A stretch of 64,000 nt of DNA from Macrostomum lignano (lineage: Eukaryota). The position numbers and the translations under genes were made by a program. The stretch is from the NCBI GenBank assembly GCA_002269645.1, contig NIVC01000903.1:79178-143177 (forward strand). Direction: 5' to 3'. Positions 24,601-37,785 of this stretch are shown here, one piece after another. Numbering within the stretch: the first letter of the stretch is position 1; every line of letters begins with the position of its first letter. Below the pieces are notes generated by a model that made no database searches, was not told the origin of the DNA, and saw nothing but the letters and a program-made list of their open reading frames with translations.

Positions 24601-27600
24601 CCACTCGTCCCTGTCTCTCTGACCTTACCATTTCTAACTGTCAAGGAATTCCGACCCTCCCTCTCCAATTTCAGTGTACAAACAGATATTTTCACAGCAC
24701 AGACTCATATATTGAGCCTCCTCCAACCAAAACCCTATCTTGATTACGTCATCCACCTCCCCCATAGAAGCAGTTAGCAAGAAACAAAATTTTTCGATGC
24801 ACATATGAACACTGTGGACCATGCAAAATCGCACATCTACGGGTCGATTTTGATTGACAATTTAATACCTTTTGTTGATGCTGCTGTGTACAGTAGTCTT
24901 ATTTCCGAAGCTCCTAGCAGTCATCTTTTAGATGTGGTGAATCAGTGTTGTTTTTGCCAACTTTACATCTTGATTCATCCTCCAAATTCTTCAACTCTGA
25001 CCATATTCAATAATTTAACCCATGCAAGTAGATTTGCCAATTCGCCAAATTAGCCAATACGAATGGGGCCAGAGGACCCACCCAAATCGAGCCCTTGTCT
25101 CTCTCAGGCCTCTCTCTCCTACACATACCCCAGAAAAGTGACTCATGAGGCAATCAGTTTAACAGGTTCAGTATACTGAATTGGCAAAACAGCAAACACC
25201 CAATGGTCAATGGACTCGTCTTCGCAGCACAGACCATTTTGAATAAAGCCAAAACACACATACACCCCTATTCTCTGACCAAACCTTTCCATTTCTAGTT
25301 GTCAACGAAATTCGACCGGCCTCTCTCTCAATCCCAAAGTACATTTTGACGAAGCAAGCAGATCTTTTCACAGCACGGACCCAGCCTCCCCCAACCAAAG
25401 CCCTATCTCTGATTACGTCATCTATACATCCCCATAGAAGCAGTTAGCAAGAAAAAAATTTCGATGCGCATATATGAACAATGCGAACCAAGCAAATCCG
25501 CGCGTCTACCAAAGCCAACCCTACCCTGCGTGCTGTAATTGCATTTGTCAATGTACACACCCTATGAATCAGTGTCTCCTTCTTTGGAACACACGAAGGC
25601 ATTAGTCAGAAAGTTTGGATGCAATTAAAAACTCTCTCGATGCTTTGCGTATAAACGAGTAATCGATTGAATCAATTGTACACTTGACACATTTAATTAC
25701 GTGCTGCCATGCAACGGAAAGACAGGATAATGGGGTGGGTGGTCACGCAGCCTCATTCTCTCTTTCCTACTGATTTTTCATTATCTATCAATCTCAGCTC
25801 TTTCCGGGGCAACTCGCGCATTTGTGCATACTTCCTCATCAGATTTACCACATGTTCATTTACATGTGATGTACATATGCAAGCGGCAGCCGATTTAAAC
25901 CTGAGAAATGGTTGAAGCACTCCCCCGACTATGACTAAATGCACGTACGTTCAGTCAAATACAGGAAAATTTGACACCCGTAGTATGAAGATGAAATCTT
26001 CACGAAAGCTTCACATGTTTATCTTTCTCTGGGGAAATGACGATAGTTTCTCAATAAAAATCTGTCATAGGCCCAATATAGCAGTTTAAATATTTTCACG
26101 AAAATGTCGCATTATTCAAAGAACTGATTTTTGCAAACTCTACTGTCAGTAGGAAGATGAGTTTTCATAGAGACATTTTGTAAAACATAGACTAAACTTT
26201 CAAATCATTCGTTTACACGACGCACAGTCACGGTCCGGCCACCCTCCGCCCGCGCCGCTGCCTCTCAATGAATGTAAAATAGGAGTGTTAGTTCATGTAT
26301 TAATGCTCCTTGACCTGCAAAAATTATACGGTTGCTAGGCAGTGTCGTAAAACAGAACATGCGTTTTTCTGTAAAGTAATAATAACCCCACCATTAATAT
26401 AGACAGTTGGTCGTGTAAACGAATGATTTGAAAGTTTAGTCTATGTTTTACAAAATGTCTCTATGAAAACTCATCTTCCTACTGACAGTAGAGTTTGCAA
26501 AAATCAGTTCTTTGAATAATGCGACATTTTCGTGAAAATATTTAAACTGCTATATTGGGCCTATGACAGATTTTTATTGAGAAACTATCGTCATTTCCCC
26601 AGAGAAAGATAAACATGTGAAGCTTTCGTGAAGATTTCATCTTCATACTACGGGTGTCAAATTTTCCTGTATTTGACTGAACGTACGTGCATTTAGTCAT
26701 AGTCGGGGGAGTGCTTCAACCATTTCTCAGGTTTAAATCGGCTGCCGCTTGCATATGTACATCACATGTAAATGAACATGTGGTAAATCTGATGAGGAAG
26801 TATGCACAAATGCGCGAGTTGCCCCGGAAAGAGCTGAGATTGATAGATAATGAAAAATCAGTAGGAAAGAGAGAATGAGGCTGCGTGACCACCCACCCCA
26901 TTATCCTGTCTTTCCGTTGCATGGCAGCACGTAATTAAATGTGTCAAGTGTACAATTGATTCAATCGATTACTCGTTTATACGCAAAGCATCGAGAGAGT
27001 TTTTAATTGCATCCAAACTTTCTGACTAATGCCTTCGTGTGTTCCAAAGAAGGAGACACTGATTCATAGGGTGTGTACATTGACAAATGCAATTACAGCA
27101 CGCAGGGTAGGGTTGGCTTTGGTAGACGCGCGGATTTGCTTGGTTCGCATTGTTCATATATGCGCATCGAAATTTTTTTCTTGCTAACTGCTTCTATGGG
27201 GATGTATAGATGACGTAATCAGAGATAGGGCTTTGGTTGGGGGAGGCTGGGTCCGTGCTGTGAAAAGATCTGCTTGCTTCGTCAAAATGTACTTTGGGAT
27301 TGAGAGAGAGGCCGGTCGAATTTCGTTGACAACTAGAAATGGAAAGGTTTGGTCAGAGAATAGGGGTGTATGTGTGTTTTGGCTTTATTCAAAATGGTCT
27401 GTGCTGCGAAGACGAGTCCATTGACCATTGGGTGTTTGCTGTTTTGCCAATTCAGTATACTGAACCTGTTAAACTGATTGCCTCATGAGTCACTTTTCTG
27501 GGGTATGTGTAGGAGAGAGAGGCCTGAGAGAGACAAGGGCTCGATTTGGGTGGGTCCTCTGGCCCCATTCGTATTGGCTAATTTGGCGAATTGGCAAATC

Positions 27601-30600
27601 TACTTGCATGGGTTAAATTATTGAATATGGTCAGAGTTGAAGAATTTGGAGGATGAATCAAGATGTAAAGTTGGCAAAAACAACACTGATTCACCACATC
27701 TAAAAGATGACTGCTAGGAGCTTCGGAAATAAGACTACTGTACACAGCAGCATCAACAAAAGGTATTAAATTGTCAATCAAAATCGACCCGTAGATGTGC
27801 GATTTTGCATGGTCCACAGTGTTCATATGTGCATCGAAAAATTTTGTTTCTTGCTAACTGCTTCTATGGGGGAGGTGGATGACGTAATCAAGATAGGGTT
27901 TTGGTTGGAGGAGGCTCAATATATGAGTCTGTGCTGTGAAAATATCTGTTTGTACACTGAAATTGGAGAGGGAGGGTCGGAATTCCTTGACAGTTAGAAA
28001 TGGTAAGGTCAGAGAGACAGGGACGAGTGGTTCTGTTCTACATGGGTCTGTGCTGTGAAGACGAGTCTAATATGACCATTGGGTGTTGGCTGTTTTGCCA
28101 ATTCAGTAATAAAACCTGTCCAGCTGATTGCCGCATGAGTCACTTTTCTCGGTGGGTGCAGAAGGAGAGAGAGAGAGGTCTGGGAGGGACAGTTTAAATG
28201 TCAATCGAAATCAACGGGCCGCTTCGCCGACTGTATATGTTAAAATTATTATAGCTAGGTTTATAGCAAACTGTACGTTTTAACCCAATATTCAAGAATA
28301 ATCCCTTCCCTGACTTCATGAGGGGTATTACACGTACCAAATACATACATTTGAATGATGAAACAGCATTAAGTTGTAAAAATTATGGTTTCTGCTGATG
28401 AAGTGATTAATTTTGTTCAATAAAGTCAGCATTTTAACGTTAAAAAGAGTAAAAACTGTGAAAATTGACCTTTTTAAAACGAAAATGTGCAATTTCTAGT
28501 AATTTAGCTTTCAATGAAAATGTCTTGGGTGGAATTCCAACTTGGGCCGGGGTGTGCATATGGAGATCAGTGTGTAACTCATTCCTGCTCGAAAGCTGTC
28601 TCTTGCCAACTTTGAAATCAGCATTTGGACAAATTAGCGGTTGAAATTATGGCTTTTGGGATGAAACTACTAAGTTTGACCAATACATTTCGCATTTTAA
28701 CGTTAGAAAATAATAAAACTGTGAAAATTGTCATTTATTAAACGAAAGAATGAGCAATTCTAACAATTCAGCTTTAAAAAACCCTGGCTTCAGTGGAATA
28801 TTGGACTGGCTCGGGTAATCCGTGTGCGATTATAATTCCTGCTCAAAGCTGTCTCAGAGTTCCAGAAGTAGCATTTGTGATAATTTTGTGTTAAAATTGT
28901 GGTTTTTAGTGATGAATTACTGATTTTGATCAATAAAGTCTGCATTTTAACGAAAAAAATGCGTAAAAACTGTTAAAATTTGTGTTTTATGAAAAAATGC
29001 TCATTTCTAGCAATTTAAGCTTCAATAGCCATGTCTTTGGTTGATTCTGGGGAGGCTTGTGGATGTTTGTGGGGGGTTCATTCCTGCTTAAAAGCTGTCT
29101 AAGGTCAAATTGAAAGCGATATTTGGACAAATTAGTTGCTGAAAGTATGGTTTCTAGTGATGAAACTACTGATTTTGATCAATAAAGTCTGCATTTTAAC
29201 GTAAAAATGCATAAAAACTGTGAAAATTTGTATTTTCTTATGAAAAAAATGCGCATTTCTAGCAATTTAGGCTTCAATAGCCATGTCTTTGGATGATTTT
29301 GGGCTGGCTTGTGGATGTTTGTGGGGGGTTCATTCCTGCTTAAAAGCAGTCTAAGGTCAAGTTGAAAGCGACATTTGGACAAATTACGAGGAGCTGCTGA
29401 AAGTATGGTTTCTAGTGATGAAACTACTGATTTTGATCAACAAAGTCTGCATTTTAAGGTTAAAATCGTAAAAAAACTGTAAAAAGCTGCATTTTAATGA
29501 AAAAAATGTGCATTTCTAGTCATTTAGCTTTTAAAATAACCAAATTTCTTGTCTGAAATTCCAACTTTACTTTGTATGGAGAGGTCAGTGCATGATTCAT
29601 TCCTGCTTCTAACAGATTAAACCGACCGTCTCAAAGACCAAGTCTGAAAGCTTGAAGTGAGAAGGTAGGGGAGGCGGAGAGGCAGAATTGAATAGCCTCA
29701 CGTATTTAAATATGTGGACTTCACTACTTCTAGTATAACGCAAGGGTGACTTATACAATTTACAAAGTTTAGAATCAAGTAAATCAGAATTGCATGCGGT
29801 GGAGACACTGATTCATAGGCTGTGTACATTTACAAATGCAGCTGGGGTTTGTCAATGCAGGTAGAGGTTGGTGGACTCGGATTTGCTCGCGGGGTTGATG
29901 TGTGCATTAAAAGTTGGTTTCTTGCTAACTGGGGCGGCATGGATGACGTAATCGGAGAAGAGAGGGGTTTTGAAGTTTAATATAGGGTCTGTGCTGTGGA
30001 AAGATCTGTCTGTACACTGAAAATGGAGAGAGGGTCGAAATTCCTTGGCATTTAGAAGGGGGGACAGAGAGAACAGGGGCGAGTGTTAAAATTTAGCTCG
30101 ATTTGTTATGGGGTCTGCGCTGTGTCTGGTGAACATCGGAGGGGTGGCTGTTTTCGAACAGGGTTGAATTTGACTATGGTCCGAGTTAAAGGGTGATTCA
30201 GCATTCAGTATAGGAGCTTCGAGGGGATGGTTTACTGTAATTAAAGCGCGACGAAGCGTCTTGTATCATACTCACTGTCAATAGAAATATAAAGCACTGC
30301 TTCAACACAGTCTTGTATTTGGGGGGGGGGGCAGACTTGGGAGAGGCTTGGATGACGCAACCTCCACCCCATCGCTTGGCGAGAGTTTGTACAGGCCCGC
30401 CTCTATATGAAAGTATGTGTATTTTATAAGTGATTTCGAATAAATTATCAGCATATTCAAACCTACATTCTCCGAGGGTGAAAATGTACATACCTAATTT
30501 TTGGGGTATGTAGCGGATACGAGTATAGAGGCTATCGATGTACATATAGACTCCGACCCGTATTATTCAAATGTCTGAGAAATGTACATTGGAAATATAC

Positions 30601-30995
30601 ATTTACGTTGTAGGCTACACAATTAGTTGACTCATTTGGTAGTAGTAGATGAGATTGTACACTGTACATATAGTAGGGTTTCGAGTTGTAATTTTGGTGC
30701 GCGCGCGCGCTGGGGATGACACTGTAGATTAATGTGAGTGTACATATAGAATTGGGGATAGACAATTTGAGATATGGATTAATGTACATGGAATTAATGT
30801 ACAATTTGAGATAGATAGGGATTAATGTACATGGAATTAATATGAGCACATGGATTATTACGACTACATATTGCCACATCACGCTTAGGATATCGTTTTC
30901 ATATACTACTTACTTCATTTTCAGATAGTAGTATAATTTGCGTTTTTTGCGTCAAATCTGCCTAAAAATCAACACTTATCTGCGCATTACGTAGT
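21636..30995. mobile_element. 9,360-bp fold-back (palindromic) non-autonomous element: 4,586-bp inverted arms, 188-bp spacer, 6-bp flanking duplication
   Basis: Left arm 21636-26221 is the reverse complement of 26410-30995; mirrored ORF pairs sum to 52631 (e.g. 21749/30882, 23249/29382, 25753/26878). Termini ACTACGTAATGCGC...GCGCATTACGTAGT. GCAGTT flanks both ends (21630-21635, 30996-31001). No ORF longer than ~116 aa. Confidence 0.85.
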
Positions 30996-32574
30996 GCAGT
31001 TGCATAAAGAATCTGCCAATTTAGTGTTGAGCTGAAACTAATTAACGAGGTCAGTGTCGGAGAGAAAGACAAAAACGAGAAATCAAAATCCCAAAAGACC
31101 AACTAGAGGTCACGGCTTCTGGATGCTAAGTTCCTGCCATGACTCCAACGCTGAGCACTGTGATCCCCAAGTGGGAAACTGCTTGAAATGGCTGTGCTAA
31201 AAATAGACACAGCACTGGATTTTGGCTCAAATTAAGTGTGTAAAACCGCGCAGTTCAGCTGGTCGTGGCGCAGTAATTGGAGACAAATGAAGGGATCGAG
31301 GTCCGCGGGGAGTCCGGGGGGGGGCAGCGATGCAGCTTACAAGCCATGCGCCCGAGCGAGCCTTTGATACTGAGGCAACTCTCTGGGGAATCTGATTGAA
31401 TTTAAGACAGCTGGCTGACTGCGGGCTGCATGGGGAAGCTGCATGCAAAGGGAGAAGAGCTGCAGAGCGCGTGAAGACTTGGGCATGTGAGCAGGGCGTT
31501 GATCCTAATCTTATATCTGCGTATTCTCACTGGGGGAGATGCTTGCAAATTTAAGGAGTAAACAAACACTTGACCGTTTGATAATTTATTCTATTTGGAT
31601 TAAGAATGCGCATCTCTGGGCCTTTGGATACTGAAATAACGATTGTTAAGCGTGTGCAAAGCTTGGTGCAATCAAGCTAAGCCATACTAGCTCTCTATCA
31701 TTGAGCGTGTGCAAAGCTTGGCGTGCAATCAGGCTTAGCCATTACTAGCTCCTCTATAACTGAGCGTGTGCAAAGCTGGAGTGCCATATGTTTAATGTGT
31801 GTCATCAGGTTTCATCCTGCCCAGCATCACTAGCCCCAGAAGAAACAGTCAACCAACTGAAGGTCAGCACTTAGCCAGCAGCTACCAGGTCGAATGAACA
31901 GCTGCTGAATTGGCAACATTCGGGCAGTGCATGGGGGGTCTATACGCCAGGCAAGAAGTGCCATTTTTGCTTCATTACCTTCTCTTGGGGGGGGGGGCAG
32001 CTTTCGCAGCCGAGCTTATCAGCACCAGCTGCAGTCGTTAAGGCCGCACTGCCGCAGCCCCCCTAGGGACGGCGCTCAGCAATACTTGTCCCAGTAAATC
32101 AGGATCCGGGGCCACGCCCCAATAATTCCATTTGCCGGGTTGGAGTTTTACAACCCTAGTAAATGCCATTTTTGTCGCTCCCACGCGTGTTATGCTTCAT
32201 TAATAGCTAAGCACATTTTTGCCCAATAACAGTGGTGAGGCCTGGACTGCGGGGACTGCAGGACTCTCCTATGTTGAGGCTTGCACAGGCTTTCGATTCT
32301 CTCGGACTCGGCGAGATTAATTATTGCCCTTTAGCCCTGTAATCATAAATCTGCTCTCGGGGGTCTGGAGTGCGAGAGGGAGATGGGAGAGCGGCCGGGT
32401 CTTTGGCGCTCAGTTCCTCAATTCCGGTAGGTGCCGCAAGCGATGCCAGCTGTGCACCCTAAAAGTGCAAAAAGGGAACAGAGCGCCCGACTTAGTGTCA
32501 GGTGTATCTATGAATATTTGGCTGCCAAAGAGTGCACATTCGGTTTCAGGGGTAGCCAAGTTGCGGTTGATAGG

Positions 32575-33220
32575 ATTACGAATTTGGTTGCTAGGGTCAG
32601 CAATTTGGTTGCTAGGGTTGCCAATTTGTTTGCTAGGGTTGCCAATTTGGTTGCTATGGTCACCAATTTGGTTGCTAGGGTCACCAATTTGTTTGCTAGG
32701 GTTACTAATTTGGTTGCTAGGTTTACCAATTTAGTTGCTAGGGTTGCCAATTTGGTTGCTAGGGTTGCCAATTTGTTTGCTAGGGTTGCCAATTTGTTTG
32801 CTAAGGTCACCAATTTGTTTGCTAGGGTTACCAATTTGTTTGCTAGGGTTGCCAATTTGGTTGCTATGGTCACCAATTTGTTTGCTAGGGTTACTAATTT
32901 GGTTGCTAGGTTTACCAATTTAGTTGCTAGGGTTGCCAATTTGGTTGCTAGGGTTGCCAATTTGTTTGCTAGGGTTGCCAATTTGGTTGCTATGGTCACC
33001 AATTTGGTTGCTATGGTCACCAATTTGGTTGCTAGGGTTACCAATTTGGTTGTTAGGGTAAAAAAATTGGTTGCTAGGGTCAAAAATTTGGTTGCTAGGG
33101 TAAAAAATTTGGTCGCTATCGTTACCAATCTGGTTGCTATCGTTACCAATTTGGTTGCTATCGTTACCAAACTGGTTGCTATCGTTACCTATTTGGCTTC
33201 TAGGACTTCCAATTTAGTTT
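32575..33220. repeat. 21-bp minisatellite (AATTTGGTTGCTAGGGTTACC and variants)
   Basis: About 30 copies; the VARVTNL-repeat ORFs are translations of this array. Confidence 0.92.
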
Positions 33221-33809
33221 CCATAAAGTGCACATTTTATTGCTAACAATGCTAATCGGTTGTTTGAGAAGAGAAATTCGGTTGCTATGGATGCCAATTT
33301 AGTTGCTAGCGGTGCGATTTCAGTTGGCAAGTCTGCCAATTTGCTGCCAAACTGCAAGACAACAGGCGCCAAAAAATAAAAATCGCAGATATGCTAATCC
33401 TATTCAGTCTGCTTTTTATTGCTAGCGCATTGATCGCCTCACGGCAGTTAAATTCCATTCATGCCTGCAGAGCACCAACTTAATTGTTCGACTGCTGACG
33501 GCATGGCGCAAGGTGCTGCTCAATATGAAACAGTCCGCCGGGTTGCCCGCCTAATCAGGGCAATGCAATAAAAATGAATTTCCGATTGTCGCAATAAAAA
33601 CTGCTTAATTTCAGCTGTATTGTGCAGGCTTTGAAACGCTTCGAGTAAATCTACTGTAATTCAGATTCATATTGGCAGCCATAATCTTTGTGAGTCTCTT
33701 TATTCAGGTATGCGAAAGTCCCAGAATGTGCGGGAGAGTATATTAAGTCATAAATAATTATGCAATGAGTCATAGTTCGTAGTCACATCGCGATTGACGA
33801 GAGTCGTCA

Positions 33810-34012
33810 CATTAACCGACGAGTCATAAAAATCAACCAATGAGTCATAGAATCAACCAATGAGTCATAGAAAGTCAACTAATCAGTCATTAGATTAACC
33901 AATGAGTCATTAGATCAAAAATAAGTCATCAGATCAATTAATAAGTAATTAAATTAATCAATGAGTCATCAGATCAACCAATGAGTCATTAAATTTTCAG
34001 ATGAGTCATCAT
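33810..34012. repeat. Degenerate ~21-bp repeat (GAGTCATAGAATCAACCAAT)
   Basis: About 9 diverged copies. Confidence 0.7.
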
Positions 34013-34611
34013 GCTAGCCTTACAAAGTGAACAATGGGTGCTAGCTTGATGGCAGGCTGCTGCAGCTTGCAAAAAGCCACATTCCTTTTGAGTTCTCCTT
34101 AAATAAAGACGCAGACAGCTCTCAGCCTCATCAATTTCTCTGCTCCCCTCTCCTCTCCCGTACGGTGAGGAGTCAAAGCTTAGGAAGAATCAGCCAGCCT
34201 GAGGGATTCGCACACTCTGATGAATATTTTAATTAGCCAGCAGCATGGAACCGAAGGCCACAAACTTGAATCCCCTTCCTCTCAGCCTCCTCCCTCATCT
34301 CAGTTGCCAACCCAGTCCTCGCAGCGATTCCATCTAAATCCTCAAGATGGAACGACGCGATGAAGACGACGATGCTCTCCAGGAGGGATTAGGAATCGGG
34401 GCGAGGGGGGGGGTCTCGGAGACCAGTGCTCCTGACCCTGGAGCCTGATCTGCTTGTCACTGGGATCTGGCCAGCGTCAAAGGCTCGGTCAAGCGCTGAG
34501 CTGAAGGGTTTCACACCAAATCTGAGCTGGCATGAAAAAGTACTTTTTAGGCGCCCAGTCACGCGCCTCGAGTCTGCAATTGCTTGTAAACAGAAACTGG
34601 ATTTGAGTAAC

Positions 34612-35608
34612 TAAGGCTGTCACACACACTATACTGAGGCTGTCACACACTAGACTGAGGCTGTCACACACACTAGACTGAGGCTGTCACACACAATCGA
34701 CTGAGGCTGTCACACACACTAGACTGAGGCTGTCACACACACTAGACTGAGGCTGTCACACACACTAGACTGAGGCTGTCACACACAATCGACTGAGGCT
34801 GTCACACACACTAGACTGAGGCTGTCACACACAATCGACTGAGGCTGTCACACACACTAGACTGAGGCTGTCACACATAATCGACTGAGGCTGTCACACA
34901 CACTAGACTGAGGCTGTCACACACAATCGACTGAGGCTGTCACACACACTAGACTGAGGCTGTCACACACACTAGACTGAGGCTGTCACACACAATCGAC
35001 TGAGGCTGTCACACACACTAGACTGAGGCTGTCACACACACTAGACTGAGGCTGTCACACACAATCGACTGAGGCTGTCACACGCTAGACTGAGGCTGTC
35101 ACACACACTAGACTGAGGCTGTCACACACAATCGACTGAGGCTGTCACACACACTAGACTGAGGCTGTCACACACACTAGACTGAGGCTGTCACACACAA
35201 TCGACTGAGGCTGTCACACGCTAGACTGAGGCTGTCACACACACTAGACTGAGGCTGTCACACGCTAGACTGAGGCTGTCACACACTCGACTGAGGCTGT
35301 CACACACTATACTGAGGCTGTCACACACTATACTGAGGCTGTCACACGCTAGACTGAGGCTGTCACACACTAGATTGAGGCTGCCACACACACTATACTG
35401 AGGCTGTCACACACTATACTGAGGCTGTCACACGCTAGACTGAGGCTGTCACACACTAGATTGAGGCTGTCACACACACTATACTGAGGCTGTCACACAC
35501 TCGACTGAGGCTGTCACACACTAGATTGAGGCTGTCACACACACTAGACTGAGGCTGTCACACACACTAGACTGAGGCTGTCACACACACTAGACTGAGG
35601 CTGTCACA
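34612..35608. repeat. 21-23-bp minisatellite (CTGAGGCTGTCACACACACTAGA)
   Basis: About 44 copies. Confidence 0.95.
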
Positions 35609-36469
35609 GATGAGACAAAATTGCTGTAGTTGTGCTAAGCACTAGAAAGGCGACATGTCGCAAACCTTGCTAATGCAATAACAATAAATCGGCCTTCAAA
35701 TACTTTGCCTTCCATTCCAAGTGTAGCAAATCTTAGAAGTCCACGGCGCTGTCTCAGCAGCACTCCACAATGTGAAATATCTGCACTGTCATGCATTTGC
35801 TCAGCTAAAAACTCATCCATATAAATAAATTTACAATGCCAGATGATCAACTGAGACACAAGAATAAACCTATTTTACGATCGGCATTCGCCATCTGCTC
35901 TCATTGCTAATTGAGTTGAGTTCCTTCCAGTTTCTGCTCGCGATTCGCCCGGATCCCCTCACGCCAGCCTGCCTTTGAGGGGAGTAAAAAATGTTTTTTT
36001 AAAAATACTTGCATATATGCAATACATAAAAGGGCCAGCGTGGCTGTGTCGATGGCAGTCTGCCGGCTCCGGCCCCGAGGCCGCGGTCGTCAAGCTTCGG
36101 GCAACGGTAATTGCGAACTACTGCAGGAGGGTTTGGCCAACCAAGGTCATCTGCACTCTCTCCCTCACCCGGCCTTCCTAATGTTTATTCCCTTTACCTT
36201 ACTCAGTTCTTACTACTTAATATTGATAAGCGGTAGCCCCAGTGAGCTAGTCCATTAGCAATTATGCTGACTAGTGCAGTGGCTCAGTGCCAAGTGCTCA
36301 TACAGAGCTAAAGTGTGCCGGGAGACCCATTAACGGCAGTGCAGCTTCTCCCACACGCAGCTCTGATTGACTGATTGATAGCCACAGAGGTGCAAATCAG
36401 CTGATAGGACAGCCGCACCTCTGCTGTACCTTCGACTCTGACTGCCAACTCTATTCTCCTGATATGTGA

Positions 36470-37785
36470 TGACTCATCATTGGGAGATTGCAATGACTCA
36501 TCTCATGACCGGTGGGAGACTGCAATGACTCATCTCATGACCGGTAGTTGACTGCAATGACTCATCTCATGACCGGTAGGAGACTGCAATGACTCATCTC
36601 ATGACCGGTAGGTGACTGCAATGACTCATCTCACGACCGGTGGGAGACTGCAATGACTCATCTCATGACCGGTGGGAGACTGCAATGACTCATCTCATGA
36701 CCGGTAGGTGACTGCAATGACTCATCTCATAACCGGTGCGAGATTGCAATGACTCATCTCATGACCGGTAGGTGACTGCAATGACTCATCTCACGACCGG
36801 TGGGAGACTGCAATGACTCATCTCATGACCGGTAGGTGACTGCAATGACTCATCTCATGACCGGTAAGGAGACTGCAATGACTCATCTCATGACCGGTGG
36901 GAGACTGCAATGACTCATCTCACGACCGGTGGGAGACTGCAATGACTCATCTCATGACTGGTAAGGAGACTGCAATGACTCATCTCATGACCGGTGGGAG
37001 ACTGCAATGACTCATCTCATAACCGGTAGGTGACTGCAATGACTCATCTCATGACCGGTGGGAGACTGCAATGACTCATCTCATGACCGGTAAGGAGACT
37101 GCAATGACTCATCTCATGACCGGTGGGAGACTGCAATGACTCATCTCATGACCGGTGGGAGACTGCAATGACTCATCTCATGACCGGTAAGGACACTGCA
37201 ATGACTCATCTCACGACCGGTGGGAGACTGCAATGACTCATCTCATGACCGGTAAGGAGACTGCAATGACTCATCTCATAACCGGTAAGGAGACTGCAAT
37301 GACTCATCTCACGACCGGTGGGAGACTGCAATGACTCATCTCATGACCGGTGGGAGACTGCAATGACTCATCTCATGACCGGTGGGAGACTGCAATGACT
37401 CATCTCATGACCGGTGGGAGACTGCAATGACTCATCTCATGACCGGTGAGAGACTGCAATGACTCATCTCATGACCGGTGGGAGACTGCAATGACTCATC
37501 TCATGACCGGTGGGAGACTGCAATGACTCATCTCATGACCGGTGGGAGACTGCAATGACTCATCTCATGACCGGTGGGAGACTGCAATGACTCATTTCAT
37601 TACCGGTGGGAGACTGCAATGACTCATCTCATGACCGGTGGGAGACTGCAATGACTCATCTCATGACCGGTGGGAGACTGCAATGACTCATCTCATGACC
37701 GGTGGGAGACTGCAATGACTCATTTCATGACCGGTGGGAGACTGCAATGACTCATTTCATGACCGGTGGGAGACTGCAATGACTA
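36470..37785. repeat. 32-bp minisatellite (GACTGCAATGACTCATCTCATGACCGGTGGGA)
   Basis: About 41 copies. Confidence 0.95.

Noticed and set aside
21749-30882. Mirrored short ORFs inside the palindrome (63-116 aa) as element-encoded genes
   Set aside because: No recognisable transposase, integrase or polymerase motifs; lengths are within chance expectation and the pairs merely reflect the inversion.
32431-33246. 271-aa heptad ORF (VARVTNL)n resembling a coiled coil
   Set aside because: It is a translation of a 21-bp minisatellite open on both strands, with no unique domain or splice context.
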